Below, one piece after another: positions 1-12,308 of a stretch of 64,000 bases of DNA. A program made the translations under genes and the position numbers. Under the pieces are notes generated by a model, which saw only the letters and a program-made list of their open reading frames with translations, was not told the DNA's origin and made no database searches. Within the stretch, counting starts at the first letter, position 1, and each line of letters opens with the position of its first letter. Origin of the DNA: Ruditapes philippinarum (lineage: Eukaryota); assembly GCF_026571515.1 (NCBI RefSeq), contig NW_026864865.1:62001-126000 (forward strand), in the 5' to 3' direction.

Positions 1-1209
1 ATTTAATGATATAGGACTTTTATTATACATCAGCAAGAAGTTATAATGTTAAACGAACCACATAACCATAAAAATCTTTTGACCATTTGTTTAGTTAATT
101 ACATTTATATATCATTTAAAAATGTAATTATACACAAATCATTTTAAAGCCATAAGTTTGAGAAACAGTATATATGAGTTTGATTAATTTTGACATTATA
201 CATACCTCGTGCCACTGTAATTAAACAAAATAAAGAATGATAAGAATAATAATCGAATTACATCTATGGTTCAACTTCAAACGCATCGATCATGGCATTA
301 AGGACGTTTATTGTATAAATAATGAATTGATATTTTGGTACCGTCAATGTGGTAAAAAGTAAAACTAATATATTTGGCGCATCATAACATGTATAGATAT
401 TTGTAATAGAACGCAATCTTAAGGAATCTATACATATAATAAACATCAAGCAAAACGGTTAATACTGTTCGACCAGACACTATTGATATGCATTCTTCCC
501 TCATTGTAACAGTTAATCCTGGTAAAATAAGTTAAAAACAAAACAGTGATTAACTATGACTTTCATCTTAAATATTTCTCAATTATTATTAGTTTTATGT
601 ATAATATTAAGGCAAACGTATTTAAGTAATATATGGCACGTTATATTGAAAAATTGTTCCTTAAACTTAATTATCGTTAACATTGTTACACCGATCATCT
701 TGATATACTATTTTGTTATTACTGTGGCTACACGTAATGAGCAACACCAGAAGCTAAATGCGTATTTTCCGAATCAGAGCTATATATGTTTGCGAAAATA
801 GCGCTAATGCACCTTTCATCAACTTGCCTTCGTGATATTAAAACTGCAGAAACCATCAAACTTATTGAATGTCCCGCCCATCGAGCTTGCTCTTTAAAGG
901 CATCTATGTTTCTGATATTTACGGAAGGAGATTGTGTATGAAGGATTTTATTACAAAACTTATTAACCATTAGTATTGGACAACAGTACATATAAGTTTG
1001 GATCATTACGGTCTTCAGAAAAAAACACATATACATGTTTTTTATACCGTATAAATAAAGGTTAGGTTTCATTTTAAACATTTGACGGAATTATTTGTTT
1101 TTGATATTATCTATATAAAATATCAAAATAATGAAATGATAATAATTGCCTTTGTAGATCTATATAAATCAAGCCATTCAAGCGGAGACTGAAAGTACTT
1201 TATACTTAC

Positions 1210-1290
1210 ATATTAAAAGTGCATTTGATTCGATCGCCGACCTTCCATGAGTCTCCAACATTTTGACCGGAATCTCTTCCTTTAAATACC
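1210..1290 (-). CDS. B-box/coiled-coil/SPRY host gene, last confidently placed exon (SPRY: (K)VFKGRDSGQNVGDSWKVGDRIKCTFN)
   Basis: Acceptor ...tctgaAG, donor GTaagt; 81 bp, phase 2 to 2, continues the frame of exon 9196-9280; matches the SPRY 'G.LF.G...G....GDRIGC' segment. Confidence 0.8.
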
Positions 1291-2940
1291 CTTCAGATAA
1301 ATAGACAGATAAACAAGTTTCCATTTCAAATTGAAGGATGAAAATACAATATTAATTTTTTAGCATATTTTACATTGATACTGATTAGAAATTTAACGTT
1401 GTGTTAAGGAATGTAAGTGTTTTATTACCTGTCATTTATCTAAAGCAAGTGTCAGTAAAACTCATATTTTTGTTTGAAGATAAAACGAGTTTACTGGTAA
1501 AGAATAAAAATAAATAAACATAAAAAAAAAAAATAATATATATATATATTTTATATAATATTTGTGTATATGTAATATTTGTATTTATGTACTATATGTA
1601 CATAGAATACGTTTTAGTGAGATAACTGTATAAAACACTAACTCATTTTAAATCTATTGTTTAATGGCAAACTACTGAATCATTTTAAAACAAAAATTAT
1701 AATCAAAATCCTGTGTTTATCCAAATATAAAAATGAAATAGACACAAAGAAACGTTTTACAATTAATTTAACTGATTCGCTTTTATGATTTATGAAGAGT
1801 GCAGTTTATGTTTATTTTACCGATTACTGTGAAACGTTATCTGGAAATCATATTTTAAGTAATGTATTAACTAAATGATGGCTCTTCTTAGTACATATGT
1901 CAATTTTATTAATAAACTTGGAATTTTGCCTTCAGTGAACGTTTATCACTTTGGAATGATATTGTATTTCAGAAAGAAATGCATTATTTTATGAATCAGT
2001 TCGTTTCATAACACATGTAAAATGTGTCTGTTATTTTATGCAATTGAATCCAACGAATGATTATGTCTTATACCATTTAAATGTTGTTGGTATAATGCAA
2101 TTCAATTATTTTCTATATATCGTACTAACATTTGACTGCTATAAGATGGATAAAAATATGTTGTTAAACTAACGTATACTTAAGGGAAAGGTAATACATG
2201 TTTCAATGACTTAATCACAATTGTGGTTGAATTGTTCATTTATTTGAGCATATCAGACACTTACTCTGTTTTATTTCAGCTCATCATTTAGGGAAATAAC
2301 CAGTTTTAAATATAAAAGAATGCTTCCCTACGTTATAATATTTATAAAATATTCATGTTATGATAGGGGTATTCAACTTAAGAACTTAAGATTTACTTTC
2401 TACATAAAATAATGAAATAATTATAGTCAGGCTAAATCTTCACTGCATTTGTAAAAACGTGCCTTTTAAAAGTGGTCTCTGCCATTGTTGCTTTTTAACA
2501 AATAAAATGTAATGGGTTTTTTCTGTTATAGTTAGTTTTGATTTTGAAAAATATTTTAACACGTAAATTGTTAATTCATTTGTTGTCTCTTTGTAAATGT
2601 TCTCAAATTTCAGAAATGAAATGCAGTCATAAATACAAGTTATTCTGATATTATCTAAACGATGATCTTAATATTTATTATACCACTGTCGGTTAAATAA
2701 AATTAAATATAGATAAGAAATGGAAGAAATATGTATTGTTTTATTAGGGACATAATACTTTTTTCCCTTGTAACATACGAAATGAACGTAAACATAACTT
2801 AATTTAAACTGCAAATCAAAAATGAAACTCTTCTTTTTTAAATGCCACTGCTCGTTACTATCATTTATAATTGATCAAACTAGTAAACATTAAAACAGTC
2901 TTTACAAAAATGTGTACCTTGTTAACTTTTTAGCTCACCT

Positions 2941-3446
2941 AGCCTGTCTATCTGGTGAGTCTATAGCCAATCAGGTAATTAAGAAGGCCAATGCAAAACT
3001 TAAGTCTTTATAAAGAAAAAAGTTCATTTTTAAATAGGTTTACTAAACAGCCTTTAGTTTCTTCATTTAAATTAATACAATGTCATTTTGATTATGCGTG
3101 TGCCTTCTGGTATTTAGGGTTGAGTCAAAATCTAAAAAATAGACTTCATGCCACACAGAATAAGTTGGTGAGGTTTATACTTAATCTCAGTCCCCGTACT
3201 CATATAGGGAGGGCTCATTTTGAGGAAGTTGGTTGGTTACCAGTACATAAGAGGGTAAATTTCCTTATTCTTGGTCATGTACATAAGATACATAACAATA
3301 GTGCACCTAGTTATTTAAATGAGCATTTTCAAATTGCAAATGAGGTACACTCTTACGTATCAACGCATGCACTTTCATGTTTACATGTATCTCTTGATGT
3401 TGTCATTGAATTTGTAGTTGTTTTATGACATAATAAAATCCATCCA
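2941..3446 (+). mobile_element. 5'-truncated, frameshifted LINE fragment (CR1/L2-group RT C-terminus and short 3' tail)
   Basis: Peptide LSGESIANQVIKKANAK../..IQCHFDYACAFWY..LKNRL..QNKLVRFILNL..WLPV..RV..APSYL..F; ends aataaaATCCATCC; flanks rejoin into the HINE 5' hairpin. Confidence 0.8.
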
Positions 3447-3802
3447 CATGAGCTAGCTCAGGGTGATCTTTTAGGATCATTGAATGTCCGTCGTATGTCG
3501 TCCGCCGTCAGTCCACAGTTGTTTGTTAACACTCCACTCTAGCGGTCACAATTTTGCCTCAATCATCATCCAACTTTGTCAGGATGCTTATCTAGATAAG
3601 AGCTCGAACGGGTTTGAACAAAGGTCATCTTGGATGAAAAACTAGGTCACATGAACTAAAAATAGAAAAACCTTGTTAACCCTCTAGCGGTCACATTTTT
3701 GCCTCAATCATCATCCAACTTTGTCAGGATGCTTATCTAGGTAAGAGCTCGAACGGGTTTTAACAAAGGTCATCTTGGATGAAAAACTAGGTCACATGAA
3801 CT

Positions 3803-5108
3803 AACAAGAGCACCGCTAGGCGGAGCATTATATGCCCGAAAGTGTTTTTTTTTCTTTTCTAAGGATGAAGCATTTGTAAGACATTACATAAATTAAATAA
3901 AGTATTACCTCCTTCAAACAGCAATCCTCCTATAAAGTTTGAATATTGTGGGCCAAATGGAACTTCAGTTATGCTCTGGAAACTGTTTTTAGTTTTGAGG
4001 TAATAGCTACCTTGAACTTTGACCGTGTGACCCCAAAATCAATAGGGGTCTTCTACCCAATATGAACAATCATCCTATGAAGTTTCAACACTATGGGCCA
4101 AATAGAAAGTAAGTTATGTTCTGGAAACTTTTTTCAGTTTTAAAGTAATAGTGACCTTGACCTTTGACATTGTGACCCCAAAATCAATAGGGGTCTTTAC
4201 CCAATATGGACAATCATCCTCTGAAGTTTGAATATTGTGGGACAAATAGACCTTAAGTTATGCTCCGGAAACTGTTTTCAGTTTTAAAGTAATAGTGACC
4301 TTGACCTTTGACCTTGTGACCCCAAAATCAATAGGGGTCTCCTACCCAATATGGACAATCATCCTATGAAGTTTGAACACTGTCAGCCAAATGGAACTTA
4401 AGTTATGTTCCGGAAACTGTTTTCAGTTTTAAGGTCATAGTGACCTTGACCTTTGACCTTGTGACCCCAAAATCAATAGGGGTCTTCTACCCAATATGGA
4501 CAATCATCCTATGAAGTTTGAACACTGTCGGCCAAATAGAACTTAAGTTATGCCCTGGAAACTGTTTTCAGTTTTAAGGTCATATTGACCTTGACCTTTG
4601 ACCTTGTGACCCCAAAATCAATAGGGGTCTTCTACCCAAAATGGACAATCATCCTATGAAGTTTGAACACTGGCGGCCAAATGGACCTTAAATTATGCTC
4701 CGGAAACTGTTTTCAGTTTTAAGGTCATAGTGACCTTGACCTTTGACCTTGTGACACTAAAAATAAAAGGGGTCTTCTACCCAATATGGACAATCATCCT
4801 ATGAAGTTTGAACACTGTGGGCCAAATGGAACTTAAGTTATGCTCCAGAAACTGTTTTCAGTTTTAGGGTCATAGTGACCTTGACCTTTGACCTTGTGAC
4901 CCCAAAATCAATAGGGGTCTTCTACTCAATATGGACAATTATCCTATGAAGTTTGAATGTTGTGGGCCAAATGGAACTTAAGTTATGCTCCGGAAACCAA
5001 ATTGCTAACGGACGGACGGACAGACGGACGGACGGATAGACAGACGGACGGACGGACGGACGCCAGGGGGTATAACATAATATGCCCGAAATTCTTTCGG
5101 GCATATAA
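3803..5108 (-). mobile_element. Second, unrelated HINE nested in the first; about 8 x 145-bp tandem units
   Basis: subTIR TATATGCCCGAA at ~3829 and hairpin TATGCCCGAAattctTTCGGGCATA at ~5081-5105; (GACG)n at 5008-5062; terminal stem-loop GCACCGCTAGGCGGAGC; unit starts 4031/4176/4320/4465/4610/4755/4900; inserted in an A-run without TSD. Confidence 0.85.
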
Positions 5109-8100
5109 AAATAGAAAAACCTTGTTAACCCTCTAGCGGTCACATTTTTGCCTCAATCATCATCAAACTTTGTCAGGATGCTTGACTACGTAATCTAGGG
5201 GTCACATTTTTTGACTTAATCATCATCAAACGTGGTCAGGATGCTTGACTAGGAAATTGCTCCGTTGAGTTCGAACATGGGTCATTCAGATGAAAAACTT
5301 GGTCACAAGAGCTAAAAAAAGAAAAAACCTTGTTAACACTTTAGTGGTCTCATTTTTTACTCAATTATCATCAAACTTGGTCAGGATGCTTGTCTAGGTT
5401 ATTGCTCGGATGAGTTCGAACATGGGTCATCGCGGATAAAACAATTAGGTCACAAGAGCTAAAAATAGAAAAACCTTGTTAACACTCTAGCGGTCACAAT
5501 TTTGACTCAATTATCACAAAACTGGATCAGAATGCTTGCCTAGGTAATTATTCGGACGAGCTCGAACATGGGTCATCTCGGATGAAACACTTGGTCACAG
5601 GAGGTAGATAAAAATTGTTAACACTCTAGTGGTCACATGTTTGACTCAATTATCATCAATCTTGGTCAGGATACTTGTCTAGGTATTTGCTCAGATGAGT
5701 TCGAATATGGGTAATCTCGGATGAAAAACTAAGTCACAGGAACTAAAAAAAGAAAATTCTTGTTAAAACTCTAGTGGTCACATTTGTGACTCAATCATCA
5801 TCAAACTTCGTCAGGATGCTTGAATGGAAAATTGTTCCGTTGAGTTCGAACATGGGTCATCCCGAATGAAAAACTAGGTCACATGAGCTAAAAATAGTAA
5901 AATCTTGTTAACACTCTAGTTGCTACTGGTTTGTTCCAAATATCCTGGAAAATGGTCTGAAAGTTTGTTTTGATGATTTTTAGGTCAAGTTCGAATATGG
6001 ATCACCTGGGATCAAAACTTTGGTCACACCGCCCAAATATGGGAAAACCTTGTTAATACTCCAGTGGTCACATCTTTGACTCAATTATCATCAAACTTGG
6101 CCAGGATGCTTGTCTAGGTTGTTGCTCGGATGAGTTCGAGGATGGGTCATCTCGGATAAAAAAACTAGGTCAAAGGAGCTAAAAATAGAAAAACCATGTT
6201 AACACTTTAGCGGAACATTATTTTACTCAATTATCATCAAACTTGGTCAGGATGCTTGGCTACGTAATTTCGCGGACGAGCTCGAACATGGGTCATCTCG
6301 AATCAAAAACTAAGTCACAGGAGCTAGATAAACATTGTTAATACTCTACTGGTCACATGTTTGGCTTAATTATCATCAATCTTGGTCAGGATGCTTGTCT
6401 AGGTATTTGCTCGGATGAGTTCGAATATGGGTCATCTCGGACATAAAACTTGGTCAGGATGCTTGTCTAGGTTGTTGCTCGGATGAGTTCGAAGATTGGT
6501 CATCTCGGATGAAAAACTAGGTCACATTAGCTAAAAAAATAAAAAAATATTGTTAACACTCTAGTAGCTACTATTTTTATCCGAATATCATGTAAATTGG
6601 TCTGAAAGGTTGTTTTGATGATTTCTAAGTCACGTTCGAACATGGGTCATCCCGGTTGATAAACTAGGTCACACCGCCCAAATTTGGAATTGTTGACACT
6701 CTAGTGGTATTTTTTTTTTTGACTCAAATATCATCAAACTTGGTCAGGATGCTTCTCTAGGTAATTTCTTGGACGAGTTTGAACATGGGTCATCTCGAAT
6801 GAAAAACTAGGTCACAGGAGCTAAAAATAGAAAAATCTTGTAAACACTCTAGTGGCTACTGTTTTGATAAAAGTATCATGGAAATTTGTCTGAAAGTTTG
6901 TGTTGATGATTTCTAGGTCAGGTTCGAATATGGGTCACCTGGCGTCAAAAATTAGGTAACACTGGTCAAATATGGATAATCCTTGTTAACACTCTAGTGG
7001 TTACATTTTTGACTCACCTGTCCAGAAACTTATTCAGGATCCTTATCTAGGTAATTGTTCGGATGAGTTCGATGGGTCAGGTGAGCGATCTAGGGCCATC
7101 TTGGCCTTCTTGTTTATGATTCACCACAAAAGTAGAAAATTGTATACGGTTTTACAAAGATTGGTACGTTTTTATTATTCATAATTCATCAAACTAGAAA
7201 ATTTGTATTTAGTTTTAAGAAAGATTTGATTGTTATTATTATTGATAATTTGAATATTTCAGTTTAAATATTGAAGATATTGAATGTCTTTTTATCATAG
7301 AATAAACGAGGGGTTATCCAAAATAACGTAAACTTTTGGACGACTTCACACGGCCGCCAAATTTTGTAAATCATAATATTATATAAAAAGAAAACGAACA
7401 GAACATTCAATTAACAACAAGATAGAGATATACTATTCTGAGTACAAATTTCAAGCACGCCATATGATTCTTCTTAAGAAACGCAAATCACAATTCAAGA
7501 AAGAAATGAGAAAATCACAAAATGAACCCACAATAGTTTGATATACTGATGCTATTATGCCAAAGTTTGGCATAATATGAATGATGCGATTTAATTACAA
7601 CAAAATTCATAGTGCGTTGTTTCTAGTTTGGAAATGTCGTTAACAGACATGCGGGAAATCAGTAGAAGTTTTCAGTTCTGTCATTATAATGTACAAATAT
7701 TACAATACACGCTAAGGATGATTGATAAAACAAAAAGGGAATATCCGGAGAACAAATAAACTAACCGGTAGGTTTCTGACGACAAGGGACATCAGGTCGT
7801 GTAAGAAAAACACAACAGGACTTGACAAAAGTGACGTAAATTTTCGATGCACTTCATACGACGATTGAGATTGAAGATCAGAGTTAGCCGTTAGGCACCA
7901 ATCGGATATCATTAAGCAATTTAAAAATCTAATGCCGTTGAAGTTAATTTTGATATATCGATAACTTGGTATATGTCTCCAGTATTATAATATATAATTA
8001 TCATAGCAATTCTTCATACAGTGTGTTCAGTTTGTTGAAAACATTCGTTGCAGATTTTTCTTAAGTTGTGTACTCTTTCAAACCCTTAAGATAAAGAAAA

Positions 8101-9195
8101 CGTTTACACTACCTTTAAAAGCAATGCTATGCATACAATATATATGAATAAGCGTGTATTCTCTGGACATGGCTCCTGTGTATTTTGCCATATATTCATC
8201 CATGAAGAAACATAAAAACCATAGGAAATGCAGTTATGATCCCTTAAGGATTTATGTGAAGTAATAGTAATGGTTTCACATTGTATGACCAGCAGTAGTT
8301 AACTACTTTATTTAAACCGTAACTGTTATCATCTTGTTTAACATGTACTTACTAAATTCGAAACAAAAATGCATCGGACGGTCTTTAATTAAAGAAAATA
8401 TTTCAAAATTAAGTATTTCATGCAGACAGAAAACTTACTGTAAACACGTATTTTTTAACTATACTGCAATTGTTCGAATAGAATAATACAGAAAAGTTGC
8501 TTATACAACAGAAACACTGTCCATATATAGTGTAACTTACTCAAACATTTATTATAATAATACAAGATACTAAGTTTAACATTCACAACAAACATTCGAA
8601 GAAAAAAGTGGTTGTAAAATTATTTTGAAACAATCACTCCCCGTTTACTAAACGCTTTGAAAATCGTCCGTTCATTATATAAACCGGAGGATGACGGAAC
8701 ACGATATTCACAGAAACAAAATTATTGTTATTTATTGTCAGCAGTAAGTTTTATTTTTAATCATTCTGTTTATAATCGATTATTATCAATTCAATAATAA
8801 TTATTGAATACAAGTACCCATTGCGTGTTTCTATCTGAAAATTACCGAATGACGGAGACGCATAGTTCGCATTAAATTGTTTAACTGGAGTATGTAACAA
8901 GTATACATCTCATGTGCCACTTGTTAACCGCAGTTTGCTGAATAATGCCAGTGTTGTCAATGTATTGCATTTCAGATCGTACATAGTTCTAAAGGGTTAA
9001 CGATGTGATAAAAATGCAAGGAAAAATATATTTCTTTACCTTTTTTTTCAAAGTTTGCTGATACGATATGATTCATTTAGTTGCATACTTAATAATGTAT
9101 ATATTTATACTACTTTTTTTCTTTAAATCATACAAATCAACAGTAAAACTATACAAATAATGAAAACATTAGTCAATAAAGATGTCCATACATAC

Positions 9196-9280
9196 TTGCC
9201 ATCTGAATGGTATCCCCAGGAATATTGGCCTACGCCCGGTAGAAGATTGTCAGGATAGTCTTTTGGCACTACACCAATAG
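9196..9280 (-). CDS. Host gene SPRY exon ((A)IGVVPKDYPDNLLPGVGQYSWGYHSDG)
   Basis: ttctAG acceptor, GTatgt donor; 85 bp, phase 1 to 2; motif resembles the SPRYD3/RanBP9-type 'IGLVP.DY....PGW...S.GYH.DDG'. Confidence 0.9.
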
Positions 9281-9677
9281 CTAGAATATAAATATTATAC
9301 TACACGTTCTTTTTTATTTTGTTTAAGTAACGGAAGTAAACATTTCAATTTAGATTAAGAAGTGTTAATAAAAACTAATCTAACTTTTCATTTATGGTAA
9401 AAAAAATCTATTTAAAAAAGAAATAACCATGAACAATATTTGAATTAAAATGACAAAAAGTCTGGACATAACATTGGAAGGAAAAATAAGTTATGTAAAA
9501 TATAATGTTTTTAATGTATATACATAAAATGTAACAAGAGAATAATTGCCGTAGTAGCAAAGATCGTAATGACGTGATCGTTTGTTGATATGAGTCATTA
9601 GGAAATACATATTGAAAATGTACAAACTGACTTTACACGCCGGGTGAATATTTTAACAATAAGTATATTAATGTTAC

Positions 9678-9790
9678 CTAAAGACCCGCTTTTGTCCATG
9701 CTTAATATCTCAATTTCAAACTCTTCGCTAGTGTACACATTCGGCTTGAACACATACAATCCAATACCATTACTTTCGTATGTTGCATAG
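9678..9790 (-). CDS. Host gene SPRY exon (YATYESNGIGLYVFKPNVYTSEEFEIEILSMDKSGSL)
   Basis: ttttacAG acceptor, GTaaca donor; 113 bp, phase 2 to 1; contains the SPRY 'FE(V/I)EI' strand. Confidence 0.88.
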
Positions 9791-10280
9791 CTGTAAAAAT
9801 AAACGTGAAACCATATTATTGTAATGCGTACATTTGTTACAAGTCTAAAGAAAGAATGTAATAGTTAATTATTCTGATTGCATTTGAAATTATTGTATGG
9901 CAGGTGTTTTAAACCATGCATTTTCGCTGGTATATCAAGTATCGTTACTTTTTAGTATTTTCTTTTTTTAATATGATGAAAATGTTACGTTGGTTATTTT
10001 ACAAGTTAATATAAATTGATGATGATTATCTTGTCATAATAATTCTTCACGATGATTAATTAAATTTGTAATGTAAACCTGATAATAGTATTTGTATAGC
10101 AATACCTTATGTCTATATTATTCAATAAAAAAAGAAATAAATATATAACTATAAACTCGGTATTGCTATTTTCCTGTTTAGAGCTTATATAATTAGATAA
10201 CGTATATCATATACATTTTCATATCACTTTTAAACATAACTTTGTATAATCATGTGAAATTTCTAAATCGCAACATAAAT

Positions 10281-10503
10281 GAATTTTATGTGTCATAAAA
10301 TTATTTATATGCAAGACAACATAATTTCTTAATATCATTCACTTTTGTTTTCTGTAAATCCGCATACATCATATACACTGCAGATAGAGGTCCGCATACC
10401 GGAGTTTCGTTACCGACAAATAAACGGTGCATTTATCATGTTTATAATTAGCCTACGTCACTTCGCGTACCCCAGTGAACAAAGAAACTCGCATTTGCTT
10501 TTC
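10281..10503 (+). repeat. Ngaro terminal repeat A1
   Basis: Near-identical to 23960-24173 (few substitutions, one ~9-bp indel). Confidence 0.95.
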
Positions 10504-10718
10504 TCTCTATCAAATTTGTGTATAACTTTTGTTTTTCTACATTTTCAATTAAATAATCAGCGGAATATAATCATCGGCGTGTTTGTGTATTACATGTTAC
10601 CGTGTTTACGTGGATATAAACTTATTTAGACTGCTAGTGAAGGATTGTAATCATTGTTGTCGACCAAAATTTTCAAACAGAGGAAGTAGGTCAACGGAGA
10701 CGCTGAACAGCTACAATT

Positions 10719-10813
10719 ATGCCAACAACAAAGGTCTTGTTATATGGTCATTCATTTGTGTCTCATTTAAAACTTTTCATTCGGAATGAACATGATCTTT
10801 CGTATTCATTTAA
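10719..10813 (+). pseudogene. Ngaro SGNH hydrolase, N-terminal part (MPTTKVLLYGHSFVSHLKLFIRNEHDLSYSF)
   Basis: ATG at 10719; block-I nucleophile motif G-H-S; joins in frame (SYSF-N-LDPAHY) to 17447 when the Kolobok and one TTAA are removed. Confidence 0.88.
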
Positions 10814-12308
10814 GGTACATCAAACTTGTGAATGTGCTACTCCTCAACATTAAATGGCAGTTGCTGAATTGCAAAATAGAGAAGAGTATTGAGTAAAAAA
10901 AGTTTAATTTTAATAAATATATAGGGATATGTCATCATTGGAGTAACTTATTTATTCAAAAATTAAAATATGACAGTGTTGCAAAAGTTTGAAACTGAAA
11001 ATTACACACATACTGCTATGTCAAAATTTGGTTTAATTACTAAGTATTAGATACAAATTCTTTCATAAACATTAAGTCAATATATCAAATTAGTGCACCC
11101 AAATGTTAAATTTCGGTTAAATAACCTCCTTTACGTATTCCAAACTTTTCACGTGCTTCGGCATATATTTTTGACCCGCCATTTTATCAAATGTGTCTGT
11201 TTTTTCGTCGTTTTTTCCCAAAGGATATTCTTCTTATGCTTCGCTTTTTTAAATAAATTAAAACTGATTAATATTCCCATGAACAAAAATATTCATACAC
11301 CATACCTAAATACACAGAATTTCATTTCGATCGCTTTATACCTGACATAGTAATATCTTTCTTGTATTTATTTACATTTTTCGGCTTTCTGTTGACCGCA
11401 TAACGAAAGGAAGTAAAAAATATTCATACACTGAAGTAGACCTGACCTGAAAGATCGGGTAATTTTGGCGCATATTAAGGAAAATGACATTTCTTTTATT
11501 GTTTTGTTTTCGTCTTTGTTAAAAAATATCAATATAACAAACGTATTTCAAATACACGCATTATATCATGGAACTTTGAACAATCGCGTACGTTCTTTTA
11601 ATTCCGTACAATTGGGCGGATATGGATTTCGTATGGTTACCCCAATGTCGTGCGCGGTACGATAACTATAGTTTGTTAGAATGGGTACCAACTAATTAAA
11701 CATGGCGGAATTGTAGACACGTTGTGGCGGAAAATCTTGTTTTCAACTTGTATTGAGTTATTACCGGTAAGATCAGATGTATTAAGTATAATTTATACAC
11801 TGGTACTTTATTCACTTTCTTTATTCCATAAATTGTTATACCGATCGGCCAAGTTGTACGATGATTTAGCATTTACAAATAAGTAACTTTCGTTTTCATT
11901 CAACAAAATGTAAACAAAAACAACAGGTTCTCGAATGCCCTGTAAAAACAATTTTATGAATTGTATTTTATTTCTTCTGAATAATTATGCAAGTGTAATA
12001 TTATAATTAAGTTTTGAAGGTAAGTAAGCCCGAAATCTGTATTGTTTTACAAAAATATTTTTCAAACTAATGAAGCGTGAAATGACATGAATGAAAGTGG
12101 ATATACAAGTAACGCGCTATGGTGTACTGATGTGCTCCAAATTCCTGGAATTTAATTTTTAAATATATTTTATGGAATTTATTTCAATTGTTGTGTCTGT
12201 GTATTCTTTAATTTGGAAATATTTTATACTTGTATAACTTGTGGTGAACATATAGCTTGAAAATAAAGGAAATATTGTAGTGGCACAAGAAAGTTTTAAT
12301 CCACCAGG

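Larger units (their letters stand above)
2927..7115 (+). mobile_element. Non-autonomous Helentron-associated element (HINE/DINE-1-like) with a ~145-bp internal tandem array; interrupted by two insertions
   Basis: 5' ttttAGCTCACCTGAGCTAGCTCAGGGTGA hairpin (split by a LINE), (CGTC)-type microsatellite at ~3487-3510, many ~145-bp units (aactaggtcac...gagttcgaacatgggtcat), 3' subTIR CAGGTGAGCGA plus stem-loop GGGCCATCTTGGCCT and ttgttt. Confidence 0.8.

Noticed and set aside
264-1081. ORFs 264-449 and 728-1081 (including an 'ARWAGHS' recombinase-like word) and candidate terminal SPRY exons at acceptors ~519 and ~843
   Set aside because: No supporting motifs; none gives the expected SPRY C-terminal strands, so the last exon is left unplaced
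4922-5143. 73-aa ORF with PSVR repeats
   Set aside because: Translation of the HINE (GACG)n microsatellite
7305-7350. acgaggggttatccaaaa..ttttgga mariner-like TIR stub (also acgaggg at ~46311)
   Set aside because: Too short, with no partner end or TSD that could be verified
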